Shown: positions 12,730-25,120, numbered from the stretch's first letter. The stretch: 64,000 nucleotides of DNA from Mobula birostris (GCF_030028105.1 NC_092397.1:26050630-26114629), one strand, 5' to 3'. Notes: generated by a model from the letters alone, not told the origin. Numbers and translations: made by a program.

Positions 12730-12734
12730 ACACA

Positions 12735-13660
12735 CTTCATAATTTTGTATACCTCTATCTAATCTTGCAACAATATTCTGCATTCCAAGAAATAAAATCC
12801 TAACCTATTTGATCTTTCCAGAGAACTCAGGTCCTTAAGTCCCAGGAACATCCTTGTAAATTTTCTCTGTACTCTTTCAAACTTATTTACATCTTTCTTG
12901 TGGGTAGGTAAACAAAACTGCACACAATACTCCAAATTAGGAGTCACCAATGTCTTACACAACTTCAACATAACATCCATCTCCTGCACTTTGCCCTTTG
13001 TAAATCGAAGTACCATGTGCCTAAACTTTCTTTTTGACTTTATCTATCTGTGATACCACTTACTAGGAATTATGAATCTGTATTTCCAGATCCCTCAGCT
13101 TTAATACACTTTTCAGTGCCCGACTGCTCACCGTGTAAGACCTACCCTGGTTTGTCCTCCGAAAATGCAACACCTCATCCTTGTCAGCATTAAATTCCAG
13201 CTGCTCCAGATCACAGTGCAAGCTTTGAGCATCTTCCTCACTGTTCATTATACCTCCAATCCTGGTGTCATACAGAAAATTGTTGTCCCAGTTCACCACG
13301 TTGTCATCTATATCAAAGATCTGGATGATAAACAATGGACTCAGACTGATTCCTGTGTCACATCACCAGTCACAGGCCTCCCGTCAGAGAAGCAATCATC
13401 TACAACCACTCTCGAACCTAACACTTAATCCAATTTACTACCTCATCTTGATGCTGAATGACTGAACCTTCTTGACCAAGAACCCATGTGAGACCTTGTC
13501 AAAGGCGTTGCTGAAGCCCATGTAGACTACATCCACTGCCTTGCACTCATCAACTTTCCTAGTAACTTGCTCAAAAAAAACTCTACAAGAGTAGTTAGAC
13601 ATGACGTACCATATACAAAGCTATATTAACTATTCCCAATCAGTCCCTGTCTATCCAAAT
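12735..13660 (-). mobile_element. Degenerate CR1 RT fragment
   Basis: PNLEYCVQF, ERVQRKFTRM and LEFNADKDEVLHF. Confidence 0.8.
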
Positions 13661-14417
13661 AATTATATCTATGGTTGTTATATCTAGAATTTATGTCTGG
13701 ATCCAGAGCAAGTGGGCAAGGGACTAAACCAGTACTTCACATCAGTATTCATCAATGTGGTCATCGAGGATAGTGAGATCAGAGACGGGAGTGATGCTGA
13801 TATTCCAGGGCATGTTGTTCCTCAGGCAATAGAGACAAACCAGGAAATTATAGACTGGTGAGATTTGGATCAATGCTCAGGAAATACTCTTAGACGTAGG
13901 ATCTCTCATAAAAGTTTGGAGGGTAAAATGAGGATATCAGGATTTGGAAGGCAAAGTGAGCAAAATCCCAAGAGATTCTCTCGGTATATTCATAGGAAAA
14001 GGGAAGTTAGACGGAAAATCATTCCCCATGGAGATGAACATGGCTTCGGTATGTGGAACCGAAGGAAATAGGAGAGGCTTTCCATGAATATTTCCAACAG
14101 TTATCTCACCATTGAGAAAATACAGAAGCTAAGGAAGTGACAGAAATGAGCTGCGATGTCTTAGACCACATTCAAATGGGCAGGGATCTGTATTTGAGGC
14201 CTTAAGATTCATTAAGGTTGTTAAATCTCCAGGGTCTTATCAGGTACATTCTCGTACTTTGTGGGAAGCTAGAGAATACACTGTGGAGGCCAGGGGAGAG
14301 AGGGGACATGTTCAGCCAGATGGGATCAGTTGTGGTCAGTGCAGACACTGTGGGCTGAAGGGCCTTTCCCTGTGCTGGACTGTCCCACGTGTGTTGTGTG
14401 TTGAAACTCAGACGGAC

Positions 14418-15050
14418 ACTCACTGTTACCGGTCGGCAGGCAGGAAGAGAAGAAGCCGGTGTTCACAGTGGAGGTGCAGTCAGGTCCACCAGTCCGCTCC
14501 CACATCCACATGGCAATGGCAGAGAACAAGGAGCAGCTCGTCTCATCACCTCTGTGGCCCATTCCATCACCTCTCATTCTTCCAAAGGGCAGCAAGTTCA
14601 GACCGACCCTTCAGTTCAGTCGCTGCCGCCCCGCCGGGGGGAGGAAGCCTCACCTCCACCCCGGACCCAGGGCGCTCCCCCTCCCCACTCCGCGGCCCGT
14701 TGCCGAGGCAACGAGTCTCACGCTCCATGTGCTTCTCTGTGACGTCACAAGCAGCGACTCGGCAACGGGACGGGAAGGCAGCGGCCCAGGAGGCGGGGCA
14801 GAGTGAGCTGTCAATCAGAGGAGCCGCTGGTAAAGCTGCAAATGGGTCAATGTACTCTTCATGGAAAAGGCCCGATCAGCGGGGGAAACCGCAACTCGAC
14901 CCCGGGTCCAGAGCCCTCCCCGACCCTGGGGACTTTTCCAAGACTGCACTCTGGCTCTTGGACGTCTTTCCGCAAGATGCTGTCCTGTCACGTGATATCG
15001 CGGCCGCAGCCCGGGAGGAGGAGCGATGTAGCTGTCAATCAGAGGAGCGG
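14418..15050 (-). promoter_or_regulatory. CpG-rich promoter and putative non-coding first exon (unit A)
   Basis: X-box GTTGCCGAGGCAAC at 14699-14712; CRE TGACGTCA at 14740-14747; GC box ~14791; TGATTGACAG (minus) at 14808-14817 and 15032-15041; CACGTG at 14989-14994; minus-strand donor CA|GTGAGT at 14418-14423. Confidence 0.65.
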
Positions 15051-15885
15051 CAGCGGGCCGTCACTGTGCTCAGAGGGATTTTGGTGTCAAACCTGTAACT
15101 GGAGGGAAAATGAACCTCTTGTAAACGAAAACAATAAAGATGTGGAAAATGGAAATGAGCGAGGTACAGTATAAAACTAAACAGAAGGGAAAGCTAATGC
15201 TGAGATGTTTAGTATGAATCAATTTCAGACATTCCACCCTGCAAAAACTCATTTCAGAGAAATAGCATCACCATTTCAGGATTTCAGGGAGGTAGCACCG
15301 CCCCCCCGTCCTCCAGCAAGCCCACATCTCCCCCACCCCCGGTCGACCTCCTAGGGCGCATGTATACGGGACATTTGATTATGAAAGAACACAACAATTT
15401 GACACATATAGTAACTATTTACACACATACACATACACATATATATGTATACATACATACACATATTCCTTCTTGAGTATTTTGTTGGCAATCTCAATGT
15501 TAATGCAAATAACTTTTCTATTTCTTTTGCAAACTTTCCTTGTACTGTGATGTGGCTCTGCTGAAAAGAACTGTGAAATACTTGAGCAGCCTTCCCTGCG
15601 ATTAGCCGCCCTAATATGTTATGGTCCCTAAAAAAAAGCATAAGGTGTATCCTTATTATATTGTCTTATGTAATACTTTGTTTAGTGATTTTGTCTAATC
15701 TGTAAACTGGGTATCTGCAGAAAATGTGACATTAAAATATGTACTTATAGATTATTATAGAGTCATTTTTTTATTCTATTACAACTTTAAGCACGTGTAC
15801 AGGGAGTTTGGCCTCGTCACATAGGACATCAATAGAGTAGCTCTTTAGCAGCTAGCCAGCCAGTTTAAATAACATTAGTTATGCT

Positions 15886-16494
15886 ACAGGAGCAGGGAGG
15901 TACTACTGCAGTTGTACAAGGCCTTAGTGAGACCACACCTGGAGTATTGTGTGCAGTTTTGGTCCCCTAATCTGAGGAAAGACATTCTTGCCATGGAGGG
16001 AGTACAAAGAAGGTTCACCAGATTGATTCCTGGGATAGCAGGACTTTCGTATGATGAAAGACTGGATCGGCTAGGCTTATACCCTCTGGAATTTAGAAGA
16101 TTGAGGGGGGATCTGATTGAAACGTATAAAATTCTAAAGGGATTGGACAGGCTAGATGCAGGAAGATTGTTCCCGATGTTGGGGAAGTCCAGAATGAGGG
16201 GTCACAGTTTGAGGATAAAGGGGAAGCCTTTTAGGACCGAGATGAGGAAAAACTTCTTCACACAGAGAGTGGTGAATCTGTGGAATTCTCTGCCACAGGA
16301 AACAGTTGAGGTCAGTTCATTAGCTATATTTAAGAGGGAGTTAGATATGGCCTTTGTGGCTAAAGGGATCAGGGGGTATGGAGAGAAGGCAGGTACAGGG
16401 TTCTGAGTTGGATGATCAGCCATGATCATACTGAATGGCGGTGCAGGCTTGAAGGGCCGAATGGACTACTCCTGCACCTATTTTCAATGTTTCT
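15886..16494 (+). mobile_element. 5'-truncated CR1 LINE 3' end
   Basis: ORF 15912-16406 closely matches the C-terminus of 28372-30051; CR1 tail present. Confidence 0.92.
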
Positions 16495-16904
16495 AATGAA
16501 CGAATGACGCCTGTTAAACTCACCTCAACATGCCTTTTACAGTCTTAACCCACCATGGGCAATAGAAAAGTCATTGTTGCAAACAGGGCAGCGAGCAACA
16601 CTGTCGTTATTTTTGACCTCTATTAGGCAGGAGTACACTTTAATGTAGTCTGCAGTGATGTAAGTTTTATGTTTTCTTTTATTGAAACACTTTGCCATAG
16701 CGGTGCAGGACACGAAACTGAACTGATGGAGAGACAGAGGTCGACTGTAAAGCCCACCCACAGAGAAATTGGATGTCCAGTCCCTATATACTTCCATCCC
16801 GCATCAGGAAGGTCTCAAAGCTCTCCGATTCTTTTTGGATTCCAGACCAAACCAGTTCCCCTCTACCACCACTCTGCTCCGTCTAGCGGAATTAGTCCTT
16901 ACTC

Positions 16905-18460
16905 TTAATAATTTCTCCCTTTGGTTCCTCCCACTTCCTCCAAACTAAAGGTGTAGCCATGGGCACCCGTATGGGTCCTAGCTATGCCTGCCTTTTTGTT
17001 GGCTTTGTGGAACAATCTATGTTCCAAACCTATTCTGGTATCTGTCCCCCACTTTTCCTTCGCCACATTTACGACTGCATTGGCGCTGCTTCCCACACGC
17101 ATACTGAGCTTGTTGACTTCCTCAACTTTGTCTCTATCTCTGGAGACAGCTTATCTACTGATGTCTACTATAAGCCAACTGACTCTCACAGCTATCTGGA
17201 CTATTCCTCTTCTTACCCTGTCCCTTGCAAAAACGCCATCCCCTTCTCGCAATTCCTTCGTCTCCGCTGCATCTGCTCTCAGGATAAGGCTTTTCATTCC
17301 AGGATGGAGGAGATGTCCTCCTTTTTTTTAAAGAAAGGGGCTTCCCTTCCTCCACCATCAACTTGGCTCTCAAACGCCTCTCCCCCATTTCACTCACACC
17401 TGCTCTCACTCCATCCTCCCGTTCGCCGCCCCCCCCACTAGGAATAGGGTTCCCCTGGTCCTCACCTACCACCCCACCAACCTCCGAGTCCAACATATAA
17501 TTCTCCTTAACTTCCGCCACCTCCGACGGGATCCCACCACTAAGCACATCTTTCTCTGCACCCCCCCGCCAGGGATCGCTCCCTATGCGATGCCCTTGTT
17601 CATTCGTCCCCCTCATCCCTCCCCTCTGATCTCCCTCCTGGCACTTATCCATGTAAGTGGAACAAGTGCTACACATGCCCTTACACTTCCTCCCTTACCA
17701 CCATTCAGGGCCCCAGACAGTCCTTCCAGGTGAGGCGACACTTCACCTGTGAGTCGGCTGGGGTGATATACTGCGTCCGGTGCTCCCGATGTGGCCTTTT
17801 ATATATTGGCGAGACCCGACGCAGACTGGGAGATTGTTTCGCTGAACACCTACGCTCTGTCCGCCAGAGAAAGCAGGATCGCCCAGTGGCCGCGCATTTT
17901 AATTCCACGTCTCATTCCCATTCTGACATGTCTATACACGGACCCCTCTACTGTCAAGATGAAGCCACACTCAGGTTGGAGGAACACCTTGTATTCCGTC
18001 TGGGTAGCCTCTAACCTGATGGCATGAACATCGACTTCTCTAACTTCCGCTAATGCCCCACCTTCCACGTGTAGCCCATCCGTTTTTTTTTATATACACA
18101 CATTCTTTTTCTCCCTCTGTTCCCCTCACTATCCCCCTTGCCCATCCTCTGGTTTCCGCCCTCCCCCTTTTCATTCTCCCTGGGCCTCCTGTCCCATGAT
18201 CCTCTCATATCCCTTCTGCCAATCAACTGTCCAGCTGTTGGCTCCAACCCTTCCCTCCTGTCTTCTCCTATCATTTCAGATCTCCCCCTCCCCCTTTCAA
18301 ATCTCTTACTAGCTCTTCTTTCACTTTGTCCTGACGAAGGGTCTCGGCCCGAAACATCGACTGTTTCTCTTCCTAGAGATGCTGCCTGGCCTGCTGTGTT
18401 CACCAGCAACTTTTATGTGTGTTGCTTGAAATTCCATCATCTGCAGATTTCCTCATGTTA
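16905..18460 (+). mobile_element. Penelope-like element (RT + GIY-YIG), disrupted
   Basis: GVAMGTRMGPSYACLF (RT); FTCESAGVIYCVRCSRCGLLYIGET (GIY-YIG); tail with hammerhead-like motif at 18327-18364. Confidence 0.9.
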
Positions 18461-18939
18461 ATGCCACAGAGAAAACTGATAGATCTACTTAGCACAAGGA
18501 GAGACCAATCAGAATGCTCGCTCCCACTGTCCCTCTCATTTCCAGGATATTGTATATAATTTGTGGGCATCAGGGAGCTGCTATTAATATGCGGGAGACT
18601 CCCGGAATTTCCGGTAGAGGTAGGATGTCTGCAACTGATTGCTGAGAATTTTAGCTTCATCGGTAAAGCACCGTGAGTCTAGGAGATGGTGCGAGAGTTA
18701 ATGGCAGAAAATAAAGAGATAGAAGATTAACAAAGAGATGTCAGGCACCCGTTTGATAATATTTGGTTTCCCACACCACTGCATACTGGGTGCTGTTCTG
18801 GTGGACACACTGTAGGACGAACATGATTGCACTGTAATCTGTGACCTGGTGCTCTTGTCCCCATCCCCCTGCCAATCCCCGGGAGCAGAATGAACCTGCC
18901 GGACAGTGTAGAGCAGATTTACCAATTGTTGTCTGGGAT

Positions 18940-21900
18940 GGAGCTCTTCCATTGTGAGCCCATAAAATGTAGTAGAGTTAGTCACTTTGGCCCATTGAGT
19001 CTGCTCTGCCATTTCATCCATTTCCATTTCAGCCCCAATCTCCTGATTAGTCCCTGTAATCCATCATGCCCTGAATAATCAAGAAACTAGCAGCCTCTGC
19101 CTCAAATATACTCAATGACAGCCTCGACATTAGCCTCTGGCAACAAATTCCACTCTGGCTAAGGAAATTCCTCCTCATCTCTGTTTAAAGTCCCTCTATT
19201 CTGAGGCCATGGCCTCTGATCCTAGACTCCCCCTCCATTGGAAACGTCATCTCCATATCCACTCGACCACGGCCTTTCTACATTTGAGAGGTTTCAATGA
19301 GATTCCTTCTCATTCATCTGAATTCTGGTGAGTACAGGCCCAGAACATTCAAATGGTCTTCATATGATAACCTTTTCAATCCCAGAGTCATTCTTGTGAA
19401 TGTTCTCTGAACCTTCACACCCTTTCTTAGATAAGGGCCTAGAATTGCTCACAATACTCCAAGTGAGTCCTTACCAGAGCCTCATAAAGCCTCAACATTA
19501 CATCCTTGGCTCTTCTACTCTAGTCCTCTAGACGCTGTATCCCATCTGCCATTAAATATCCATTCTCCTAATCCATCTAAGCCCTTCTGTAGCCTCTCTG
19601 CTTGCTCAGCACTATCTGCCTCTCCATGTATTTTTGTACTGTCCGCAAAGCCACCAATTCCATCATTCTAATTACTGACATATAGCATAAAAAGAAGTGA
19701 TCCAAAAACTGATTGCTGTAGAACTCTGCAGGCAACCAGAAAAGGCTCATTTTATTCCCACTCTGACTCCTGCAAATCAGCTATTATCTTTCCTGTAATA
19801 TCATGGGTTCTTAACTTGTTAAGCAGCCTCATGTGCAGCACCTTGTGATATACAAAGGACCAGACAGTGCACTGAGTGTATTACAGATTGGAGTTTCAGT
19901 GAGGTGGTCTCTCCTGAGGTACAGGCAGCAGGTAGCTGAGTGACTGCGAGGAGAGGTAACGGGAACAGGCCCTCAGTACAGCAAGCTCCTGTGGCCATTC
20001 CCCTCGGCAACACTGAACCTCTTTTTGCTACTGCTCGGGGATGTCCTGTCACTGAGACTGGCTCTAAAGCTTACCGGGTGAGGGCCGTCAGCCAGGGTGA
20101 TCGTTCTGAGTAAATCGATAGATGAGTTGGTGGACGTCAGTGAGAGATTCTGGATCGTGTGTTGCCTCCCTGGTGCCAGGGTCAGGGACGTCTCAGAGCA
20201 GATACAGAACGGGGCGGGGGCAGTGTTCATTGAGCCGGAGGTGGTGGTTGATGTCAGTTTCTAACAGACAGGCAGAAGAGGGAAGGGGTGCCACACAGTG
20301 AATATAGAGAGTTAGGGAAGAAGTTAAAGAGCGGGTCCTGAAGGGTTGTAATCTCCGGGTAAATCCCAGTGCCGTGTGGTCGTGGTGTTAGGGACAGAAA
20401 GTTAGAGCAGATGAATGTGTGGCTGAGGAGCTGGTGCAGGGGCAGGTTTCAGGATTCTGGATCATTGGAACCTCTTCTGGTGACCTGTACAAGAGGGATG
20501 GTTTGCACCTTCACTGGAGGCGGGTCAGTATCATGAGGTTCATTGCTGCTCCCTGGGAAGGCTGAAACGAGATTGACAGGGGGATGTGAACGGGAACACC
20601 AGTCACTGAATGGAGAGATTGAAGCTGAGTTTGATGTCATGCACAGTAATGCTGTAAGGATGGATTTTGAGGCAAATCCACATCTGACATGGAGTTTTTT
20701 TAAAGACCAGCTGCACAGTGTTTCAGGGCCAGTTTGTTCCAGTGAGAGGGAGGGTCAAGGTCAGCAAGGTACAGGAACCTTGGATGATGAGAGAGGAAAT
20801 TAATTTAGTCAAGGAAGAGGAAAAAGCATTTTTAAGGTTTAGGAAGCTGAAATCAAACAGGGTGAGGTGTCCAACAAGGTCCCACATGGTAGGCTCAACA
20901 AGGAGTTTAGGATGGGTCCACAGTGATGTGGCTGATTGTCTTTCCCATGGAAGGGAGTGGTTAGTGGTGCATGGGTCCGGTTCTGGGTGGAGGTCTGTGA
21001 TGAGTCGTGATCCAGAGATGTTTGTACTGGGACCTCGGTTACTCGTGATATAAATGATGTGGATAAAAATGTGGTAATGTAGGTTTACAGATGGCACACA
21101 GATTTGTGAACACTGTGCATTGCACAGAAGAGTTCCAAATGATACAGCAGGATATTGAACAGTTGCTGATATGGTAGGAACGTTAACAGTATTGACAAAG
21201 AGAAGGATGATGGGGTCCAAGCATACAGTCTCACTGAAACTGCGAGCACAGGTTGACAGGGAGGTGAAGTCGTGCATGACATGTTTGTCTTCCTCAGGCA
21301 AGGCATTGAGTTTAAGCACCAGGACATGATGTTACAGGTTTATAAGAGCTGGTGAGGCCACATTGAGAGTACAGTGCTCAGTTCTGGTCACCTCATTATT
21401 GGAAGCGTGTGGAGGTTGTGGAGCAGGTGCAGAGGTGGTTTACCAGGATGTCTGGTCTGGAGGTGGTGTTCGGTGAGGAGAGGCTGTACATGCTGGAGCT
21501 TTTTCCACTAGTGGCGTCAGCTCAGGAGAGAGTTGATAGAAATTTATAGATTTTTGCAGGTCATTGTTGATGTAGATAGCTAGCAATACTTTTCACAGGC
21601 GTGAATTGCCTTCTACTAGTTGGCATGTATTTAAGGTCAGAGGAGGGAAGTGAAGAAAACAGAGTAGTGGAGGTTTTGAATGCACTGCCAGGGGTGGTGG
21701 CAGAGGCAGAGAACACAGGAGTATTTAAGGAAATCTCAGACAGGCACAGGAATATGTAGAGAAGAGCCAAAGTGTCACCCCTGTACTGTCCTGTGTTTAT
21801 GAACAGCAGATGGCCCCAGGCATGGATTCATGCACGAAGCTGGGGTATTATATCGCAAACAATAAATGGTTGTGTGAGGGGCAACAAATGCTACAGATAC

Positions 21901-22570
21901 CTGTCGCATTTCACAGTACAAATGCTACAGGTATGATGGAGTGCAGGGAAGAGGAGGGAAAGATGTGCTTGATCAGGGAGAACATCTCAGTGGTACTTGG
22001 AGATTGTCCCAATAATATTGAAGTAAGGAAGGGATAGCAAACACCAGAGGACATATGGACAAAGTCAAGGGAGGGAAGTTTAGGGCAGACATTAGGGGAG
22101 GGGTAGTTCTTTTTTTAAAGAGGGTTGTGGGTGCCTGGAATGACTTGCCAGGGACGGTGGTGGAGGTTAACACATTAGGGGTAATTTAAGAGCCTCTTGG
22201 ACAGGCACATGGATGAAAGAAATACAGAGGGTTACGGAGTAGTGTGTGTTTAGTACTTTTTTTTAAAAAATGAATCTATGGGTCGGCACAACATCGAGGG
22301 CTGAAAGGCCTGTACTGTGCTGTGCTGTTCTAGGGTTTTGATGGGATTGTATTATTGGCCATCAAATATCAGGAGTCAACAAGGTTGTAATAGAGGGACA
22401 TTTCAACTTCTCTCACGCTGACTGGGACAGCCGTAATGCCAAGGGTTTGGTGGATCAGAATTTATTCAATGTGCCCAGGAGATTCTTCTCAATCAGTATT
22501 TCGAAGTTCCTACCAGAGACAGGACAACACTGAACCTCTTTGTGGGAAATCAGACTCGACAAGTGACGGG
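18940..22570. mobile_element. Patchwork of decayed CR1 fragments (both strands; ORF1 esterase, EN, RT and 3' ends)
   Basis: CLPGARV-type ORF1 remnant at ~20160; RT/3' remnants at 18940-19850(-), 20660-21800(+) and 22030-22570(+). Confidence 0.65.
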
Positions 22571-22670
22571 TCCTTCGGTGCTGGAGACCTCGATCCATCC
22601 ACCCACCCCCTCCCTGGCACAAACCAAAGTCTGTTCTCAGAGCGACCCACCGCCTGACAGAGGGAGCCTC
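22570..22670 (+). pseudogene. Orphan H4 3'-end remnant with degenerate stem-loop
   Basis: ACAAACCAAA GTCTGTTCTCAGAGCG ACCCACCGCCTGACAGAGGGAGCC aligns with the H4 3' end ACAAAACAAA GGCTCTTCTAAGAGCC ACCCACCGCCTCACAGACGGAGCC. Confidence 0.7.
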
Positions 22671-23189
22671 TCGGGAAATCTGACCAAACTCTCTCGCAAA
22701 ATATTCATTTATATTTCAGAGACCTGGGTGGACGAGATTTCCAGTAAACACTGTCAGTTCCACAGGGTAAATGCACTTTTGTAGATAAATGTAAATATTA
22801 TTGTTCTGTGAGGCGGTGGGAATTCTCATGAGGCAACGAAAAGGCGATGTTCCCGTCTGCTGCACACCGGAACGGTCCCGGGTCAACCCGCAATGCCAAG
22901 CCCAGACAACGCGGATTTAGGTCATGAAGAGCGGAGTCGTACAATGATCGGATATTAAATTCTCTGTCCGGGGGCTGACTCTGGAAATTAATTTCACGAC
23001 CCTAGGCCGAGTGAACCCGCTGACTCTCCGCAAGGGGAGAGCTGCATTGCGCCGGCAGAGAGGGGAAATGAGTCAGGACCGAAGCGGACCGATTTCTGTG
23101 CAGATAGATATCGGATTACTTCGCGGAAGAAACATGACGGACATTGAACTGTCGTGTCCAGTTACTCTGAACGGAAATCACCCGCTACT

Positions 23190-23230
23190 CAGCTCTTCCA
23201 CAGACACTGTGAGTGGCTCTGAAAAGAGCC
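23190..23230 (-). terminator. Histone stem-loop and HDE (H2A)
   Basis: GGCTCTTTTCAGAGCC at 23215-23230; GGAAGAGCTG at 23190-23199. Confidence 0.95.
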
Positions 23231-23260
23231 TTTGGGTAAATAGGTTCAGTTTACGTCGCT

Positions 23261-23644
23261 TCACTTACTGGCACCGCCGGTTTTCTTGGGCAACAGCACG
23301 GCCTGGATATTGGGTAACACACCGCCCTGAGCGATAGTCACCCCTCCCAGCAGCTTGTTCAGCTCCTCGTCGTTGCGGACGGCCAGCTGCAGGTGTCTGG
23401 GGATGATGCGGGTTTTCTTATTGTCCCGGGCCGCGTTGCCGGCCAATTCGAGGATTTCGGCTGTCAGATACTCGAGCACAGCAGCCAGGTAGACTGGGGC
23501 TCCAGCACCCACCCGCTCAGCATAGTTGCCCTTTCTTAGGAGTCTGTGAACCCGGCCGACCGGGAACTGCAGTCCAGCCCGAGACGAGCGAGATTTGGCC
23601 TTGGACCGAACTTTGCCAGCGGTGCCTTTTCCACGTCCAGACAT
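23261..23644 (-). CDS. H2A: Histone H2A (127 aa)
   Basis: [33 protein letters not shown]...[12 protein letters not shown]; true ATG at 23644, downstream of the TATA box. Confidence 0.98.
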   Translation of the reverse strand: MSGRGKGTAGKVRSKAKSRSSRAGLQFPVGRVHRLLRKGNYAERVGAGAPVYLAAVLEYLTAEILELAGNAARDNKKTRIIPRHLQLAVRNDEELNKLLGGVTIAQGGVLPNIQAVLLPKKTGGASK

Positions 23645-23704
23645 TTCCACAGTCACAGTAACTGCTCCACCGAGAATGAAAGAATGTTCGCCCCGCCCCA
23701 TCTC

Positions 23705-23900
23705 GCCCTTTTTATACCTTCTTTGAGAATGCAAACTGATGTTTGTGATTGGTGTAACCGTGCTTATTCTCATTGGTGAAGAGAAATATCCCAATCGAAG
23801 AGCTGCCTTAATCACCAATCAGCAGTCCGTAAAGGTAGAAGCGCGGAAAGTAACCGTCTCCTCCCCAAAGTTCACTGAAATTTCGAAAAAGCCCGCCAGA
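23705..23900 (-). promoter_or_regulatory. H2A promoter
   Basis: TATAAAA at ~23710-23716; CCAAT boxes at ~23748 and ~23772 (minus) and ~23792 and ~23815 (plus); TGGCGGGC-TTT-TTCGAA at ~23882-23898. Confidence 0.75.
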
Positions 23901-24511
23901 AAATAAATCTCTTGTTCAAATTTAATCAGAAATTAAATAATTGCTGATCTGTTTGACGACTGAGTGTTCGTACTTCCCCGTTACTGAAACCGGGCACATT
24001 TAATCCAAGTGTAGTTGATATTGAAATGTCTGGGAACTCAATTCTCTAATTTCTTTCAACCCGTAACGGAACCGAGTAAAACTGAATCTCAGCTTCTGCC
24101 CGCGGTCGGTCATTGTGTAAACGTTATCAGGTTATGGACAAACGGCTCTTCTCAAACTGTGACCAGCCTCTAGATTGCAATTTAAAAATGTTCTATGAAA
24201 CAATCATGAACTCGTTCAGGCCTCGCATTGAAATAATATTCAGAGAAGTTACCTAACTGTAACTAACAAACTCCTGAACCCACAGCTAAAACAGCAAAGG
24301 CAGCAATCCTCCGCTCGACATGGATACCAGCAGGGGCGACTGATGAGGATGGGAAGGTAACAAGTCCGTGTCAGTGCAGTGGGAGGAATGTAAAACACCG
24401 GGATTATACGGAGATGAACTCTACCTTAGCTCTTGTAAAAGACACCAGACATAAAATGTGTGCAATTTAGTGTCTAAATTTTAGTATAACCCTCTTAGTG
24501 AAATTGTGAGT

Positions 24512-24527
24512 GGCTCTTAAAAGAGCC
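24512..24527 (-). terminator. Histone stem-loop (H2B copy 1)
   Basis: GGCTCTTTTAAGAGCC. Confidence 0.93.
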
Positions 24528-24558
24528 GTTTTGTTTTCGATCATCGCACTGGAGAGCT

Positions 24559-24933
24559 TTACTTGGAGCTGGTGTACTTGGTCACCGCCTTTGTCCCTTC
24601 GGACACGGCGTGCTTGGCCAGCTCCCCGGGCAGCAGCAGGCGCACGGCGGTCTGGATCTCCCGTGAGGTGATGGTTGACCGCTTGTTGTAGTGGGCCAGG
24701 CGGGAAGCCTCGCCCCCGATTCTCTCGAAGATATCGTTGACGAACGAGTTCATGATGCTCATGGCCTTGGAGGAGATGCCGGTATCGGGGTGAACCTGCT
24801 TCATCACTTTGTAGATGTAGATGGAGTAACTCTCCTTCCTCAGCCTCTTGCGCTTCTTCCCTGCCTTGCCTGCTGGTTTGGACAAAACTTTCTTGGTGCC
24901 CTTCTTCGGAACGGATTTCGCGGGCTCAGGCAT
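24559..24933 (-). CDS. H2B: Histone H2B copy 1 (124 aa)
   Basis: MPEPAKS...[23 protein letters not shown]...[10 protein letters not shown]. Confidence 0.98.
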   Translation of the reverse strand: MPEPAKSVPKKGTKKVLSKPAGKAGKKRKRLRKESYSIYIYKVMKQVHPDTGISSKAMSIMNSFVNDIFERIGGEASRLAHYNKRSTITSREIQTAVRLLLPGELAKHAVSEGTKAVTKYTSSK

Positions 24934-24982
24934 TTCTTCTGTCGGTTTCAGACCCTGAAGAAGCAGAACTGACTCGGAGCAC

Positions 24983-25120
24983 GAATTAAATAGGCAGCGC
25001 CCGGAACAGTATGCTAATGAGGAATGGGAGGCCTTGGATTCCCAATGGCTATTTGAAGATTCTATTCATACAGTAAAGTCATTTGATTGGCTCTCTGAAG
25101 GCACACGTACAACCAATCAG
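24983..25120 (-). promoter_or_regulatory. H2B promoter: TATA-like, octamer variant, CCAAT
   Basis: TATTTAA at ~24985-24991; CTC-ATTAGCAT-AC at 25011-25018 (H2B-box context); CCAAT at ~25086. Confidence 0.7.

Larger units (their letters stand above)
15226..18631 (-). mobile_element. Non-autonomous hAT-like DNA transposon with nested CR1 and Penelope insertions
   Basis: TIRs CAGACATTCCACC / GGTAGGATGTCTG; transposase N-terminal remnant ARCPVCNNDFSIAHGG; inverted homolog at 60709-62930. Confidence 0.75.

Noticed and set aside
14259-15098. 279-aa ORF as a novel protein
   Set aside because: Starts in decayed CR1 sequence, crosses a GC-rich promoter, has no recognisable domain, and is not conserved in paralogous unit B
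23261-23290. H2A as H2AX
   Set aside because: No C-terminal SQ(E/D)Y motif
23645-23818. 58-aa N-terminal extension of H2A in the ORF track
   Set aside because: Runs through the TATA/CCAAT promoter; the canonical MSGRGK start is at 23644
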